Below, in pieces: positions 1 through 9,859 of a stretch of DNA of 64,000 nucleotides. Below the pieces are notes generated by a model. That model did not search any database, was not told where the DNA came from, and saw only the letters and a program-made list of their open reading frames with translations. The translations under genes were made by a program, and so were the position numbers. The stretch's first letter is position 1; every line of letters begins with the position of its first letter. This DNA comes from Deltaproteobacteria bacterium. Lineage in GTDB: Bacteria > Desulfobacterota > GWC2-55-46. The stretch is from the NCBI GenBank assembly GCA_016219115.1, contig JACRCH010000016.1:22294-86293 (forward strand). The letters are read 5' to 3'.

Positions 1-86
1 AGTCTCGGGCACAAAGGTGGGGATGAGGGGCGCTACCAACATGATGAAGATAGACTGGATAGGGAGCGAGGAGTGCAAGCTCTATA

Positions 87-785
87 TCAAGAAGGAGGGG
101 GGGCCGGAGTAGGTCGCTCTTCCGGCTTTACCGGCTTTTCCTGCGCCCGTATCTCCTTGAGCCTTTCGAGCACCACCTCGGCCCTCCTTTTGTATTCTAC
201 GGCCGTTTTGTTGTCCCGGTCGAGCTCTATGGCGGCGTCCCATACCTTTATCGCCGTCTCAAGGTCCTCCGCCTGAAAATACGCTATCCCTTTCTTAAGG
301 TGTTCTTCCGACGACCTGACTCTCTGTTCCTTTGACATGTTGGGGAGGTCATCGACGACCCGGCGCTGCCTTTCGGGGACCTTTCCTTCGTGAAATTCGC
401 CAAGCCTTTCGAGGGCCTTCTTGAACGCCTCCGATTCAAGGGTCAGCAGGTCCTTGATGCTTTCGATCTTCGAGAGGTGATCGTCGCCTTTAGGCGCCGC
501 GGCGTCCTTGCCGAGAGCGTCTTTTGCCGAGAGCGTTTTGGCCGCCTGCTTGTACTCTTCCCTGAGCTCGGCGTGGCTTTGGGCTATCTGTGACGACAGG
601 GCGCTCACCTCGGAGATGCCTTGCGCCGCCTTCATGGCCTCTTCTTTCCTGACGCGCTCGCGGGTAACGGAACTCCGGTGTACGCCAAGGAGGTAGACAG
701 CGTCGGAGACGATGAACCGCCGACTGACCTCGGCGTCGATGACAAGGAGCAGGAAAAATAATATCAGAAGTGTTTTGAGGCACAT
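87..785 (-). CDS. hypothetical exported protein with a TPR-like C-terminal helix pair
   Basis: 232-aa ORF with a hydrophobic N-terminal signal-like segment (MCLKTLLILFFLLLVIDA). Family not recognised; the C-terminus has a TPR-like motif (IAYFQAEDLETAIKVWDAAIELD). Confidence 0.4.
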   Translation of the reverse strand: MCLKTLLILFFLLLVIDAEVSRRFIVSDAVYLLGVHRSSVTRERVRKEEAMKAAQGISEVSALSSQIAQSHAELREEYKQAAKTLSAKDALGKDAAAPKGDDHLSKIESIKDLLTLESEAFKKALERLGEFHEGKVPERQRRVVDDLPNMSKEQRVRSSEEHLKKGIAYFQAEDLETAIKVWDAAIELDRDNKTAVEYKRRAEVVLERLKEIRAQEKPVKPEERPTPAPPPS

Positions 786-1248
786 AACCGCACCCGTTTC
801 GGAAGGTCGATACGATACCGCGATTCTAAGACCTCAAGATTAAATTCATTGGAACGCCGGATTAAAAGAAATTTACCGCATAAGGGCGGGCTGCGGGTGG
901 TTAAATGTGTAACATTTTGCAATATGGGCTGTCTGTGGCAAACGGTCCGTTTCAGAAATTGCTGACCGCAAGGTACTGGCGTACGGCGGGTTGCAAGAAA
1001 ATATCCTTCTTAAATTTTCGAGCCCTGTCTTTCACAACCCGGCGGGGCGTAGGGTGAGGCCGCCTAAGGCGTAGGAGGGTGCGCGAGCGGGGAAGAATTA
1101 GCGCAGCGGTTAAGCGGGCGAAGCGCACGGGGCGGCGAGGGAGAAAGCGGCCAGAACCCTACCCCCAGGAAACGCACGGCAGTGCGGAAAAGACTCTTGG
1201 CACAGTGGCCGGATCAAGTCTTTTTCAATCGCTTAAGCACCAACAAAA

Positions 1249-1501
1249 TATCAAGGTTCAGGTTGCAAACCTGAACCGGCTTAAGATCTTTTGCGCGCTG
1301 CCGCGCGCTTTTCGGGGTATTGGACTCCGCTCGTTGTCAAGCTCTATCGCAATAGATACCGGAGCTTGCTCGTTCGCTCTCCTCATGCTCGCTACGCAAT
1401 ACCCCTCCGGTATTCTGTTAAAGAACAAAACAAAAACCTTCTTCAATGAAATTTGGAGATTTTTAAGATACCCCGTAGCCTGGCCTGCGGGGAGGTTCAT
1501 T
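1249..1501. repeat. composite intergenic repeat, family R4 (hairpin GGTTCAGGTT..AACCTGAACC plus GCGCGCTGCCGCGCGC module), ending in the R1 hairpin-GGTTCAT unit
   Basis: Near-identical modules recur at 28040-28265 (GCGCGCTGCCGCGCGCTT...CTCGCT...). The hairpin unit recurs at 32058-32124 and 33256-33325. Confidence 0.7.
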
Positions 1502-1520
1502 TTTCAAATGAAGGCGACGC

Positions 1521-3236
1521 TTATCTTATGTAGGCCTCCGTCACATACCTTCTCATCATCCTGTGCGTGTTGAAGTAGTAGGCGATCTTGCCTATCGAGC
1601 TCTCCATCATCTTTATCCAGCCCTTCCTGTCATTGTAGTAGGTCGGGATGACGAGCGTTTCAAGCTTGTGATACAGGTCCTCGGCGTCCATCAGGTCGGT
1701 GCTCTCCGTGAGGGTCACCTCCGTCGGGCTCGCCCCTATCGCCCAGCCCGTGTGCCCCTCGATGTGCCCCTCGATCCACCAGCCGTCAAGGACGCTGAAG
1801 TTGACGACCCCGTTGTGGGAGGCCTTCATGCCGCTTGTGCCCGAGGCCTCCCTCGGCCTCATCGGGGTGTTGAGCCATACGTCCACCCCGGAGACCATCT
1901 TGAGGGCGAGGTCCATGTTGTAGTTGTTGAGGTACACTATCTTTATGTCCTTCTTCAACAGTTGTATGGTCTTGAATATCTCCTCGATGTTCTTCTTGCC
2001 GTCGAAGTCCTTCGGGTGCGCCTTGCCGGCGTATATCACCTGGAGCTTCCCCTTCGCGATCTTCCTCAGCCGCTCCGTGTCGGATAAGAGGAGGTTCGCC
2101 CTCTTGTACGCCGTGGCCCTCCTGGCAAAGCCGATCGTGAGGGTATCGTAGTCCATGGCCGCGCCCGTTACGGAGTTGACATGGTCGATGAGCTTTTTTT
2201 TAGCCTCCATGTGCGCTCCCCAGAGTTCTTCCTCCGGGACCTTGTCTACCCTGACGAATATCTCCGGCTCGTTCGCCCAGCCGGGAAGGTACTTGTCGTA
2301 GAGCCTCGCGAAACTCTCGGAGGTCCACGTGAATGTGTGCACGCCGTTGGTTATCGCCCGGATCTGGTAGCCCGGGAAAAGGACCTTGGAGACCTCGCCG
2401 TGCTTTTTGGCCACGCCGTTTATGTACTGCGACAGGTTCATGGCCAGGAGCGTCATGTTGAGTTTGTCCTTGCCGGCAAGGTCCTTGAGGACTTCGATGG
2501 GGAAGAGGTCGCCGAGGACCTTTTTAACGATATCGTAGGAGAACCTGTCGTGGCCCGCATCAACGGGCGTGTGGGTCGTAAAGACGCAGAGGTCCTTTAC
2601 CCGTTCGATGTCCCAGATCTCGCGCTCGTCCCAGACGCTCTCGATGTCCCTTTTGTGCCTGTTGAGAAGCTCAAGCGTCAAAAGGCTGGCGTGTCCCTCG
2701 TTCATGTGGTACTTCTTGATCCTGAAGCCTAATGCCCTCAACATGGACACCCCTCCGAGGCCCAATACCGCCTCCTGCTTGAGCCTGTACCTCTCGTCGC
2801 CCCCGTAGAGGCTGTCGGTAAGGGTCCTGTCCTCCGGGTCGTTTTCAGGGAGGTTGGTGTCGAGGAAGAATATCGGCACGTTCCATTTTTCGACGAGGCT
2901 GGAGATGTTGTAGGCCCAGACCTGGATGGCAACGTCCCTGTCTTCAAGCCTTATCCTGACCTTCTGCGGCAGAAGCGTCATCTGCCCGGCCGGGTTCCAA
3001 TCCTCCGCGTGCTCTGTCTGGCGGCCGAATTCGTCGAGGTCCTGCCTGAAGTAGCCCTTCCTGTATATGAGCGTGACCGCCACCATCGGAAGGCTCAAGT
3101 CGGCGGCGCTCTTGATGGTGTCTCCCGCGAGCACCCCGAGGCCGCCGCTGTAGGTCGGGATGTCGTTCTTGAAGCCTATTTCCATCGAGAAATAGGCGAT
3201 CTTCGGCTCCGAAGTCAACTCCTGGATATATTTCAT
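1521..3236 (-). CDS. glgP: alpha-glucan (glycogen/maltodextrin) phosphorylase, GT35 family
   Basis: 571 aa. The N-terminal motif SMEIGF...YSGGLGVLAGD is typical of the alpha-glucan phosphorylase subfamily and the length is consistent. Confidence 0.8.
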   Translation of the reverse strand: MKYIQELTSEPKIAYFSMEIGFKNDIPTYSGGLGVLAGDTIKSAADLSLPMVAVTLIYRKGYFRQDLDEFGRQTEHAEDWNPAGQMTLLPQKVRIRLEDRDVAIQVWAYNISSLVEKWNVPIFFLDTNLPENDPEDRTLTDSLYGGDERYRLKQEAVLGLGGVSMLRALGFRIKKYHMNEGHASLLTLELLNRHKRDIESVWDEREIWDIERVKDLCVFTTHTPVDAGHDRFSYDIVKKVLGDLFPIEVLKDLAGKDKLNMTLLAMNLSQYINGVAKKHGEVSKVLFPGYQIRAITNGVHTFTWTSESFARLYDKYLPGWANEPEIFVRVDKVPEEELWGAHMEAKKKLIDHVNSVTGAAMDYDTLTIGFARRATAYKRANLLLSDTERLRKIAKGKLQVIYAGKAHPKDFDGKKNIEEIFKTIQLLKKDIKIVYLNNYNMDLALKMVSGVDVWLNTPMRPREASGTSGMKASHNGVVNFSVLDGWWIEGHIEGHTGWAIGASPTEVTLTESTDLMDAEDLYHKLETLVIPTYYNDRKGWIKMMESSIGKIAYYFNTHRMMRRYVTEAYIR

Positions 3237-3424
3237 TAGCTCCTCATTGAAAAGGGATGAGAATCATATTTACGGCCAATTAATAATTATACATAATCGA
3301 GGGTGTTAATCAAGAGGGGTTTTCTTCCGCAAACGGGCCTCAAGGCGGAAAAATCCGCGGAATTGCGCCCCTCTTGCGCCCTTTCCGTGATAAAAACCAC
3401 ATGTCAAAGACCGCTCTTCCGTGC

Positions 3425-3430
3425 TATAAT
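3425..3430 (+). promoter_or_regulatory. candidate -10 box (TATAAT) for the transglycosylase gene
   Basis: An exact TATAAT lies about 23 nt upstream of the ATG at 3453, followed by a GGGGGG-rich Shine-Dalgarno sequence. Confidence 0.3.
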
Positions 3431-3452
3431 GCGGCAAAGAGGGGGGGGTCTG

Positions 3453-5888
3453 ATGCGTCGTCATAGAGTCACGGTCGTCAATTATTCCTTGAGCGTCGTA
3501 GCTACGGCTCTGGCCTTATCCGCCTCCTCCTGTTCATTTAACAGGGGCGCGGCTCTGGAGGTCCCGGCTACCGCCGCCCAGCGTACCGAGGCGGCTGGCC
3601 TGACGCAAGAGGTTGACGGAGCATGCAGGCCTCAAGAGTGTTTCGGCTCGGCCATCGCCCTTTTGAGGTCCGGCGAGGCCGAGAGGGCGAAGCTTGGTCT
3701 GACGGAGCTTGCCGACCGGTATCCGGATACCGTCTGGGCCGCGCGCGCCTCGTTCGTTCTCGCCGACTTCGCCATCGAGGAGGGGAGCCGGGAAGCCCTG
3801 GGGCTCCTTGAAGACGCCTCGACGCTGACGGACATTGGCGACTATATCCTTCTAAACAAGGCGCGCGCTCTCAAAAACAGCGGCCTCCTCGATGCTTCGC
3901 TTGCCGCTTACGGCTCCCTGGACACGCTGTACCCTGACTCGGTCTTAAGGGCTGAGGCCCGGTTCCGCAAGGCCGTGGCCCTTATGGAGGCCGGCGACTA
4001 CACAAGGGCGCGCCGGGCCTTTTCGGACTTCATAAGAGACTTCCCTGACAATATCCTCGTCCCTGACGCCTTGCTCGACAGCGCCGTATCTTCTATCGTG
4101 CTCAATGAGACGACCGAGGCCGTAAAGGCGGCCAACGCGATACTCGTGCGCTACCCGGCGCACCCTCTGGCGAGATACGCCGAATCCATCGTCTCCCGGC
4201 TCAAAAAGGACGCTTCTGCGCCGGAGCTCACGACGGAGGAGAGGTTCATGAGGGCGGACAGGCTTTTTGCCAACGCCCGATACAATGACGCCGCGGCCGA
4301 GTACGCGTACATCGCTAAAAACGCCGGAGAGAGGGAGCGGCAACGCTCTACCTTCAGGCTGGCGGTCACACAGGTGCGTCTCAAGAAGTACGACCTGGCC
4401 GAGAAGACGCTCAATGGATATCTGGGGCTCAGGGAGCCTGAAAGGGAACGCGAGGCGCTCTACTGGCTCGCGTTTACGGCGGCGAGGCAGGGAAAGGAAG
4501 AGCTTTTGGGCGACACGGGAAAAAGGCTCGGGGTAAAGTACCCGAAGAGCGCGGAGAGGGCCAGGGCGATGCTCCTGCTCGCCAACCTCTATCAGGGGAG
4601 GGCCCGGCAAGATAAGGCCGTCTCCATATTCAGGCAGGTGGTAAACGAGTTCGGGGAGACCGACGCGTCGGACGAGGCGCTCTGGAGCATCGGGTGGAGC
4701 GCTTACCGCGCCGGCAGGTACCCGGAGGCGTTCAAAAGTTTCCAGTCATACCGGGATACGAACCCGAAAGGCAAAAGAAAGGGGCAGTTCCTGTACTGGT
4801 CCGGCAGAAGCCTTGAGAAGACGGGAAGGGGGAAAGAGGCCGCGGCCTACTACAACAGGGTATGCGCCGCGGACCCTGCCTATTACTGCCAGATGTCCAG
4901 AGGCCGTCTCGACGCCATTAACGGGATCAACATAAAGGCGGCTCTCACACCGCCTGAACCAATGGCCCCGAACGGCGCGCAAACCGCGGATGTCACGGCG
5001 GAGGCGCAGCGTAACGATGACTTCTACGCCGATGGGCGTAACGAAAGGACCGATGACCGGGGTGCGGACCCGCAGGAGGATCCCCGGAGCGAACTGTCGC
5101 TGGATGTCCATTATCTGGCGGCCAGGGAGCTGTTGATACTGGCCCTTCCCGCGTCAGCCTCAAAGGAACTCTCGGTACTCACCTCCATGTACACGGACGA
5201 CCCGGAGTCGCTGCAGGACCTGGCGGGCCTCTTCTATCAGGCCGAGGATTACTACAGCGCCCTAAGGATATACTATGATTATCTCTCGAAGACTGACCCC
5301 CACGAGCGGACGGACGCGGCAACAGAGCTGCGGGCGTACTCCTTCCCGCCAGGGCTTGTCGAATCGGTAAGGCATAAGGCCCCCGCGGGGGTCGACCCGT
5401 GCCTTGTGGCGGCCGTCATGAGGGAAGAGAGCTCGTTCAACCCGAAGGCCGTATCCGTCACCGGGGCCCTGGGCCTTATGCAGATAATGCCTTCCACCGG
5501 CATGTTCGTGGCGAAGGAACTCGGCAGAGCCGGCTTCGAGCCTAAGGAGCTATTGAATCCGGAGACGAACATAAGGATAGGCTCATGGTACCTGTGGTAT
5601 CTGGGAAGGAAGTACAATAACGATATAGTCCTTACCATAGCCGGCTATAACGCGGGGCCGGGGGCCGTAAAGAGGTGGCAGGAGACGCTCCCGTCGGAGT
5701 TCGACGAGTTTATAGAGTCGATCCCGTATACCGAGACGCGCAATTACGCCAAACGGGTCTTGAAGAGCTACAACGAGTTCCGCAGGGCCTCGGGGACCGC
5801 CTTTAGGCAGGGGGCGGCAATACCCGACATCCTCATACAAAAGAAGAGCCCGGCGGCCTTCGGGCGTGCCGATAAGGAAAGGTCCTGA
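3453..5888 (+). CDS. slt: soluble lytic murein transglycosylase (Slt family), TPR-rich N-terminal superhelix plus C-terminal SLT domain
   Basis: The C-terminus has the SLT catalytic region (AVMREESSFNPKAVSVTGALGLMQIMPSTG ... AGYNAGPGAV). The N-terminal signal peptide (MRRHRVTVVNYSLSVVATALALSASSC) starts at the internal ATG at 3453. The ORF-track start at 3303 is probably an upstream extension. Confidence 0.8.
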   Translation: MRRHRVTVVNYSLSVVATALALSASSCSFNRGAALEVPATAAQRTEAAGLTQEVDGACRPQECFGSAIALLRSGEAERAKLGLTELADRYPDTVWAARASFVLADFAIEEGSREALGLLEDASTLTDIGDYILLNKARALKNSGLLDASLAAYGSLDTLYPDSVLRAEARFRKAVALMEAGDYTRARRAFSDFIRDFPDNILVPDALLDSAVSSIVLNETTEAVKAANAILVRYPAHPLARYAESIVSRLKKDASAPELTTEERFMRADRLFANARYNDAAAEYAYIAKNAGERERQRSTFRLAVTQVRLKKYDLAEKTLNGYLGLREPEREREALYWLAFTAARQGKEELLGDTGKRLGVKYPKSAERARAMLLLANLYQGRARQDKAVSIFRQVVNEFGETDASDEALWSIGWSAYRAGRYPEAFKSFQSYRDTNPKGKRKGQFLYWSGRSLEKTGRGKEAAAYYNRVCAADPAYYCQMSRGRLDAINGINIKAALTPPEPMAPNGAQTADVTAEAQRNDDFYADGRNERTDDRGADPQEDPRSELSLDVHYLAARELLILALPASASKELSVLTSMYTDDPESLQDLAGLFYQAEDYYSALRIYYDYLSKTDPHERTDAATELRAYSFPPGLVESVRHKAPAGVDPCLVAAVMREESSFNPKAVSVTGALGLMQIMPSTGMFVAKELGRAGFEPKELLNPETNIRIGSWYLWYLGRKYNNDIVLTIAGYNAGPGAVKRWQETLPSEFDEFIESIPYTETRNYAKRVLKSYNEFRRASGTAFRQGAAIPDILIQKKSPAAFGRADKERS

Positions 5889-5994
5889 GGCGCGAAGCCG
5901 CCCGTGCAGTCAGTTTTTGATAACCGTTTTGACCGTATAATTAAAAAGCGGTAAACCCCGGCTCTGCCGTGGGTTTACGGAGTTTGGCAGTTCC

Positions 5995-6145
5995 GGGAAT
6001 CTGATTTCCTGTAGCCTCTCCTTGCGAAATCCTCCCGTTTGACGGGGTATACGGAGGGGGGAGTGACTCTTTACCCTCCCCTTGAGCCTCCTCGCCATCA
6101 AGGGAGGGGAGGTTTTAGGAGATACCCTGCGGTAAGGGTATCCTT
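5995..6145. repeat. composite intergenic repeat (G-rich palindromic GGGGGAGGG units, family R2, plus degenerate R1 hairpin)
   Basis: CCTCCCCTTGA...AAGGGAGGGGAGG inverted units shared with 11338-11580, 30737-30860, 33418-33624, 41255-41345 and 43151-43362. Confidence 0.6.
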
Positions 6146-6152
6146 CTCTATT

Positions 6153-6764
6153 CTAACGCCATGGCCCCCCGAAGCCGCCCGGCCCTGCGTTCAACTTGTA
6201 CCCCTTCGGGACCTCGAAGAGGGACCTTGGCTGCGGGCCGATCTTGAGACCTTGAAGCTCGGTGGAGACCTCGGTCCAGGGCCGCCCCCTCTCTCTTGAA
6301 ACCATCTTCAAAAGTATCCCCTCGCCGGTCACCCAGATGTATCCTTCGTAAACGGTCCCGTTCTGGCCGACCGCCTCCATGCGGCTCTTTATGGTGATGA
6401 TGCCGTTTATCAGCTCCGGGCCTAGCCGCGTATATTGATAGTCGAGGTCCTCTGGGCTCTGTGAGCGCTCCATCGCCTGTCTTACAGGTATCTCGATGTA
6501 GGTCTTTTCCCCCGGCATCAGCAGCCAGACGACCAATTTGTCCATCCGGGTTATAGTCACCTGCTCTTTACCCGGCGCTCTCTCCTCCCTTCTTTCCATA
6601 TAGGGGGCGTGGTAGACCTTGCCGGTCGAGAACAGTCCGCCCGTTATCGTCATGGTCTCGGCAGAGTACTCTACCATCGGCTCCGCCAGCCTGCCGGCCG
6701 ATGCCGTCGTTGAGATTGCCAGTAAGAATAAGAGGCTTGAAAAGAGTCGGGCTGACCTTCGCAT
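6153..6764 (-). CDS. hypothetical exported protein
   Basis: An ORF with a clear signal peptide from the internal start (MRRSARLFSSLLFLLAISTTASA). No recognisable catalytic motifs. Confidence 0.45.
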   Translation of the reverse strand: MRRSARLFSSLLFLLAISTTASAGRLAEPMVEYSAETMTITGGLFSTGKVYHAPYMERREERAPGKEQVTITRMDKLVVWLLMPGEKTYIEIPVRQAMERSQSPEDLDYQYTRLGPELINGIITIKSRMEAVGQNGTVYEGYIWVTGEGILLKMVSRERGRPWTEVSTELQGLKIGPQPRSLFEVPKGYKLNAGPGGFGGPWR

Positions 6765-7013
6765 GGCGCATACTCCTTTAGACGGGGTGTTGAAAAACAG
6801 CACGACCCACCCTACGGGTGGGTGCCCCGGCAATCCATGGACATGGTTAAAAAGCCATGGATGGACTTTTTCAACATCCTGCTCGACGGGGTGTCAACCG
6901 GCAGAAACGGTCTTGGGATAAGATTATAACAGAAGGAGCGGTTTTCCGCTATTATTCTTAGTTTTTTTCCGGATTACTGGTAAAATCAAACTTGACCGGC
7001 CACGGAGGGTCTA

Positions 7014-8267
7014 TTGATGGAGCACGCAAGGTTTTTATTCCTTTTCATCTATATCGCCATAGCAGCCTTCGGCTACGCGCTTGAGTATCTCAATATCAGG
7101 CACTTGAGGAGGCGTCATTCGCCTCTGCCTCAGGAGCTTGAAAGGGAGATAGACCCGGACCTGCTCTCAAGGGCGGAGGCGTACACCATTGGGAAGACGA
7201 AGTTCGGGATAGTCTCATCGCTCTGCAATAACTCGGTCTTCCTCGTCTTTTTCTTCGGGGGCGGGCTTGAGTGGTATGACCGCTGGATAAAGTCTTTGGG
7301 CCATGAGTTCATGCTCTCCGGGGTCCTCTTCTTTATACTGCTCTCTTTCGCCGTCTCGGTCCTGAATATCCCCTTCAAGCTCTACCATGCCTTCGTCATA
7401 GAGAAGAGGTACGGGTTTAATACGATGACCCCGCTGGTCTGGGCAGCCGATCTTGTCAAGGGAGCGGCCGTCTCAACGGCGCTTATGGTCGTCGCCGTCT
7501 CGGCGGCCCTCTGGCTATACGCGGAGAGCCCTGAGTTCTGGTGGGTGTGGCTTTGGTTTTTCTACCTCGGCCTGAGCATTTTCCTGATGTATGTCTCGCC
7601 GTATGTAATAGAGCCGCTCTTCAACAAGTTCGAGCCCGTTGGGGACCCCGCCCTCGAGGAGTCGATAAGAGGGCTCATGGGAAAGGCCGGGATAAAGGTA
7701 TCAAGGGTATTCAAGATGGACGCATCCAGGAGGACCGCGCACACGAACGCGTACTTCACGGGCATAGGCAGGGTCAAGAGGATAGTGCTCTATGACACGC
7801 TCCTGGAGAAGCTTACAGGCAAAGAGATAGCGGCGGTACTCGCCCACGAGACAGGGCACTGGAAAAAAAGGCACCTCCTCAAGGGCATAATGCTTTCAGA
7901 GGCCGTGGCCCTCATTTCGCTCTACCTCGCGCATATCCTCCTTAAGGGAGGGTTCTTGAACGAGCTCTTCGGGATAAGCGGCGGGTCTTTCTTTACCGGG
8001 GTCTTTATACTGGGATTTTTAGGGTCGATAGCGAGCTTCCCCTTCGAGCCCATCTTCTCTTACATCTCAAGGAGGCACGAGCGTGAGGCAGACAGGTTCT
8101 CATACGGGCTTACGGGGGACTCAAGGGCGATGATAGGATCGCTCGTGAAGTTGTCAAAGGACAACCTCTCGAACCTCCATCCGCATCCGCTCTATGTGGC
8201 AATCCATTACTCGCACCCGCCCGTGGCCGAGAGGATAAGGGACCTGCGGAAGCTCGAAGGCGGTTAA
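7014..8267 (+). CDS. M48 family zinc metallopeptidase (Ste24/HtpX-like), multi-pass membrane
   Basis: HEXXH motif (LAHETGHWKKRH) with flanking TM helices. The C-terminal half matches the M48/CAAX-protease fold pattern. Confidence 0.8.
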   Translation: MMEHARFLFLFIYIAIAAFGYALEYLNIRHLRRRHSPLPQELEREIDPDLLSRAEAYTIGKTKFGIVSSLCNNSVFLVFFFGGGLEWYDRWIKSLGHEFMLSGVLFFILLSFAVSVLNIPFKLYHAFVIEKRYGFNTMTPLVWAADLVKGAAVSTALMVVAVSAALWLYAESPEFWWVWLWFFYLGLSIFLMYVSPYVIEPLFNKFEPVGDPALEESIRGLMGKAGIKVSRVFKMDASRRTAHTNAYFTGIGRVKRIVLYDTLLEKLTGKEIAAVLAHETGHWKKRHLLKGIMLSEAVALISLYLAHILLKGGFLNELFGISGGSFFTGVFILGFLGSIASFPFEPIFSYISRRHEREADRFSYGLTGDSRAMIGSLVKLSKDNLSNLHPHPLYVAIHYSHPPVAERIRDLRKLEGG

Positions 8268-8289
8268 AGACGGAGCGCGCCGGCCTTCT

Positions 8290-9783
8290 TCAGCGCGAGA
8301 AGCGTCTTTTAGCCCTTACCATCTCCAGGTTCTCCATCGCCTCCTGCGCCGGATAGATGGCTATGGCGGCGAGATACTCCCTTTCGGCCTCCTCGTATCT
8401 GCCTTTCATCTCGTAAGCGTAACCGAGGTTGAGGCGCGCCTTGAACTGTCCCGGGGATTGTTTGGCGGTATCCTCCCAGAAGGCAAGCTCGTCTCTCCAT
8501 ACATCGAGGCGGTTGAAGGATACGGCCGAGTAAAAGATGACTATGGCGGCAAGTACCGCGTAAAAAGCGGCCCTGGCCGGGGCAAAGCCTCCGCGGATCA
8601 GGTACAGGCCTTCAAGGACCCGTCCGGCCATAACAAAAAACGCTATGGCCGGCAGATACATGTATCTGTCGGCGTAGAAGACCGGTATCGGGACGATGTT
8701 CGACACCGGCAGGAACCATATCCAGAACCAGAAGAACCAGAACCGCGTCTGCCGCGTCCCCTTCCGGAGTACGAGTATGAAGACTGCGGCCCACGCGGCG
8801 AGCGAGACCGCCACAACAGGGGTTAAAAAAGAGTTGTATACGGTGGTATCGTAGTAGCCGCTCAAGCCAAATGGCCAGATGATAAGTCCGACGTACTTCC
8901 AGAATATAGGGAGCATCGTGGGGTAGACCGCCCCGAAGAGCATCGATAAAGAGAGGTTCGCGCCTTCAACCGAACCTGCGCTCACATGGGCGTAGACGGC
9001 TATGACGGAAGCCGCCGCGCTGAGCGCGAAGAACGGGATGATAGCGAGCGACCTTCTTTCGCCTTTTTTGAAAAAAAGCTCGTATGCCGAGAGCACCAGG
9101 GGGAATGTGACCGTAAGCGGCTTGGACAGAAGGGCCAGGACAAAGAGGAGCAGCGCCGCGAGGTAAGAGGAGGCCGAACCCCGCTCGCGGAACCTTAAGT
9201 AGCTTAAGAGCGCGAAAAAGGAGAAGAACGCAGCAAGAAGCGTCTTTCTCTCAGAGACCCACGCGACGTTCTCGACATTGATCGCGTGGACGGCAAAGAG
9301 GGACGCCGCGGCAAAAGACGCAACCGGGCGGCCTGTTATCCGCTTTACCACGGCATAGACAAGGGCTCCGTTGGCGGCGTGAAGCGCTATGTTGGAGAGG
9401 TGATACCCGGCGGGGTTTAAACCCCACAAAGCGTAGTCCAGCGAGTAACTCAGGAGATGGAGCGGGGCGTAGTTGCCGAAGAAGGGCCGGCCTGATATGA
9501 CCTTGAGGTTTTCCGCGGTGAGGCCGCGGATGAAGGTGTTGTTTATGACATATTCGTAGTCGTCCCACGAGGAGATGAAATCAAAGCCCAGACTCTTGAA
9601 ATAAAGGAGAAAGGAAAAGAGAAAGAGGGCCGCGTACGGAAGGAGCTTCAGCAGGGCGTTTTGCTTAGGATCTTTAATCTCCCCGGTCATTACACTGAAT
9701 CCCTCTGACGGCAGCGTTAAAATCGAGTCAGTCACCTGAGTCCGGGTATTATCAAAAATTTTATCGGTTAAGTCAACCTTCAT
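8290..9783 (-). CDS. TMTC/PMT_2-like (DUF1736) integral membrane glycosyltransferase with C-terminal TPR repeats
   Basis: Multi-TM N-terminus with DDYEYVINN... and FAVHAINVENVAWVSERK motifs shared with its paralogue at 12236-13990. The C-terminus has a TPR hairpin (LNLGYAYEMKGRYEEAEREYLAAIAIYP). Confidence 0.65.
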   Translation of the reverse strand: MKVDLTDKIFDNTRTQVTDSILTLPSEGFSVMTGEIKDPKQNALLKLLPYAALFLFSFLLYFKSLGFDFISSWDDYEYVINNTFIRGLTAENLKVISGRPFFGNYAPLHLLSYSLDYALWGLNPAGYHLSNIALHAANGALVYAVVKRITGRPVASFAAASLFAVHAINVENVAWVSERKTLLAAFFSFFALLSYLRFRERGSASSYLAALLLFVLALLSKPLTVTFPLVLSAYELFFKKGERRSLAIIPFFALSAAASVIAVYAHVSAGSVEGANLSLSMLFGAVYPTMLPIFWKYVGLIIWPFGLSGYYDTTVYNSFLTPVVAVSLAAWAAVFILVLRKGTRQTRFWFFWFWIWFLPVSNIVPIPVFYADRYMYLPAIAFFVMAGRVLEGLYLIRGGFAPARAAFYAVLAAIVIFYSAVSFNRLDVWRDELAFWEDTAKQSPGQFKARLNLGYAYEMKGRYEEAEREYLAAIAIYPAQEAMENLEMVRAKRRFSR

Positions 9784-9821
9784 CTGCCGCGGCCCGTGAA
9801 GGCGGCACGGGGCCGATAAAA

Positions 9822-9856
9822 AAACCCCGCGGGCTGAATTGCCCGCGGGGTTTTAA
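9822..9856 (-). terminator. rho-independent terminator-like GC hairpin (bidirectional)
   Basis: AAAAACCCCGCGGGC-TGAATTG-CCCGCGGGGTTTTAA has a perfect 10-bp GC stem flanked by A/T runs. It lies downstream of the minus-strand gene that ends at 10130. Confidence 0.55.
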
Positions 9857-9859
9857 TAT

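Noticed and set aside
1079-1573. 164-aa ORF spanning the R4 repeat downstream of glgP (also 27959-28327 ORFs over its paralogue)
   Set aside because: It lies entirely within a repeated intergenic element, and its translation is low-complexity. The same ORF-like frame would recur wherever the repeat recurs.
1563-3236. Plus-strand ORFs (1563-2087, 2181-2732, 3009-3239 and others) antisense to the glucan phosphorylase gene
   Set aside because: These are typical high-GC shadow ORFs. They have no recognisable motifs and lie fully inside a well-supported gene on the other strand.
3945-5840. Several minus-strand ORFs inside the transglycosylase gene (3945-4610, 4746-5111, 5279-5638, 5583-5840)
   Set aside because: Antisense shadow ORFs. 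Their Arg/Pro/Gly-rich translations are characteristic of out-of-frame GC-rich coding sequence.
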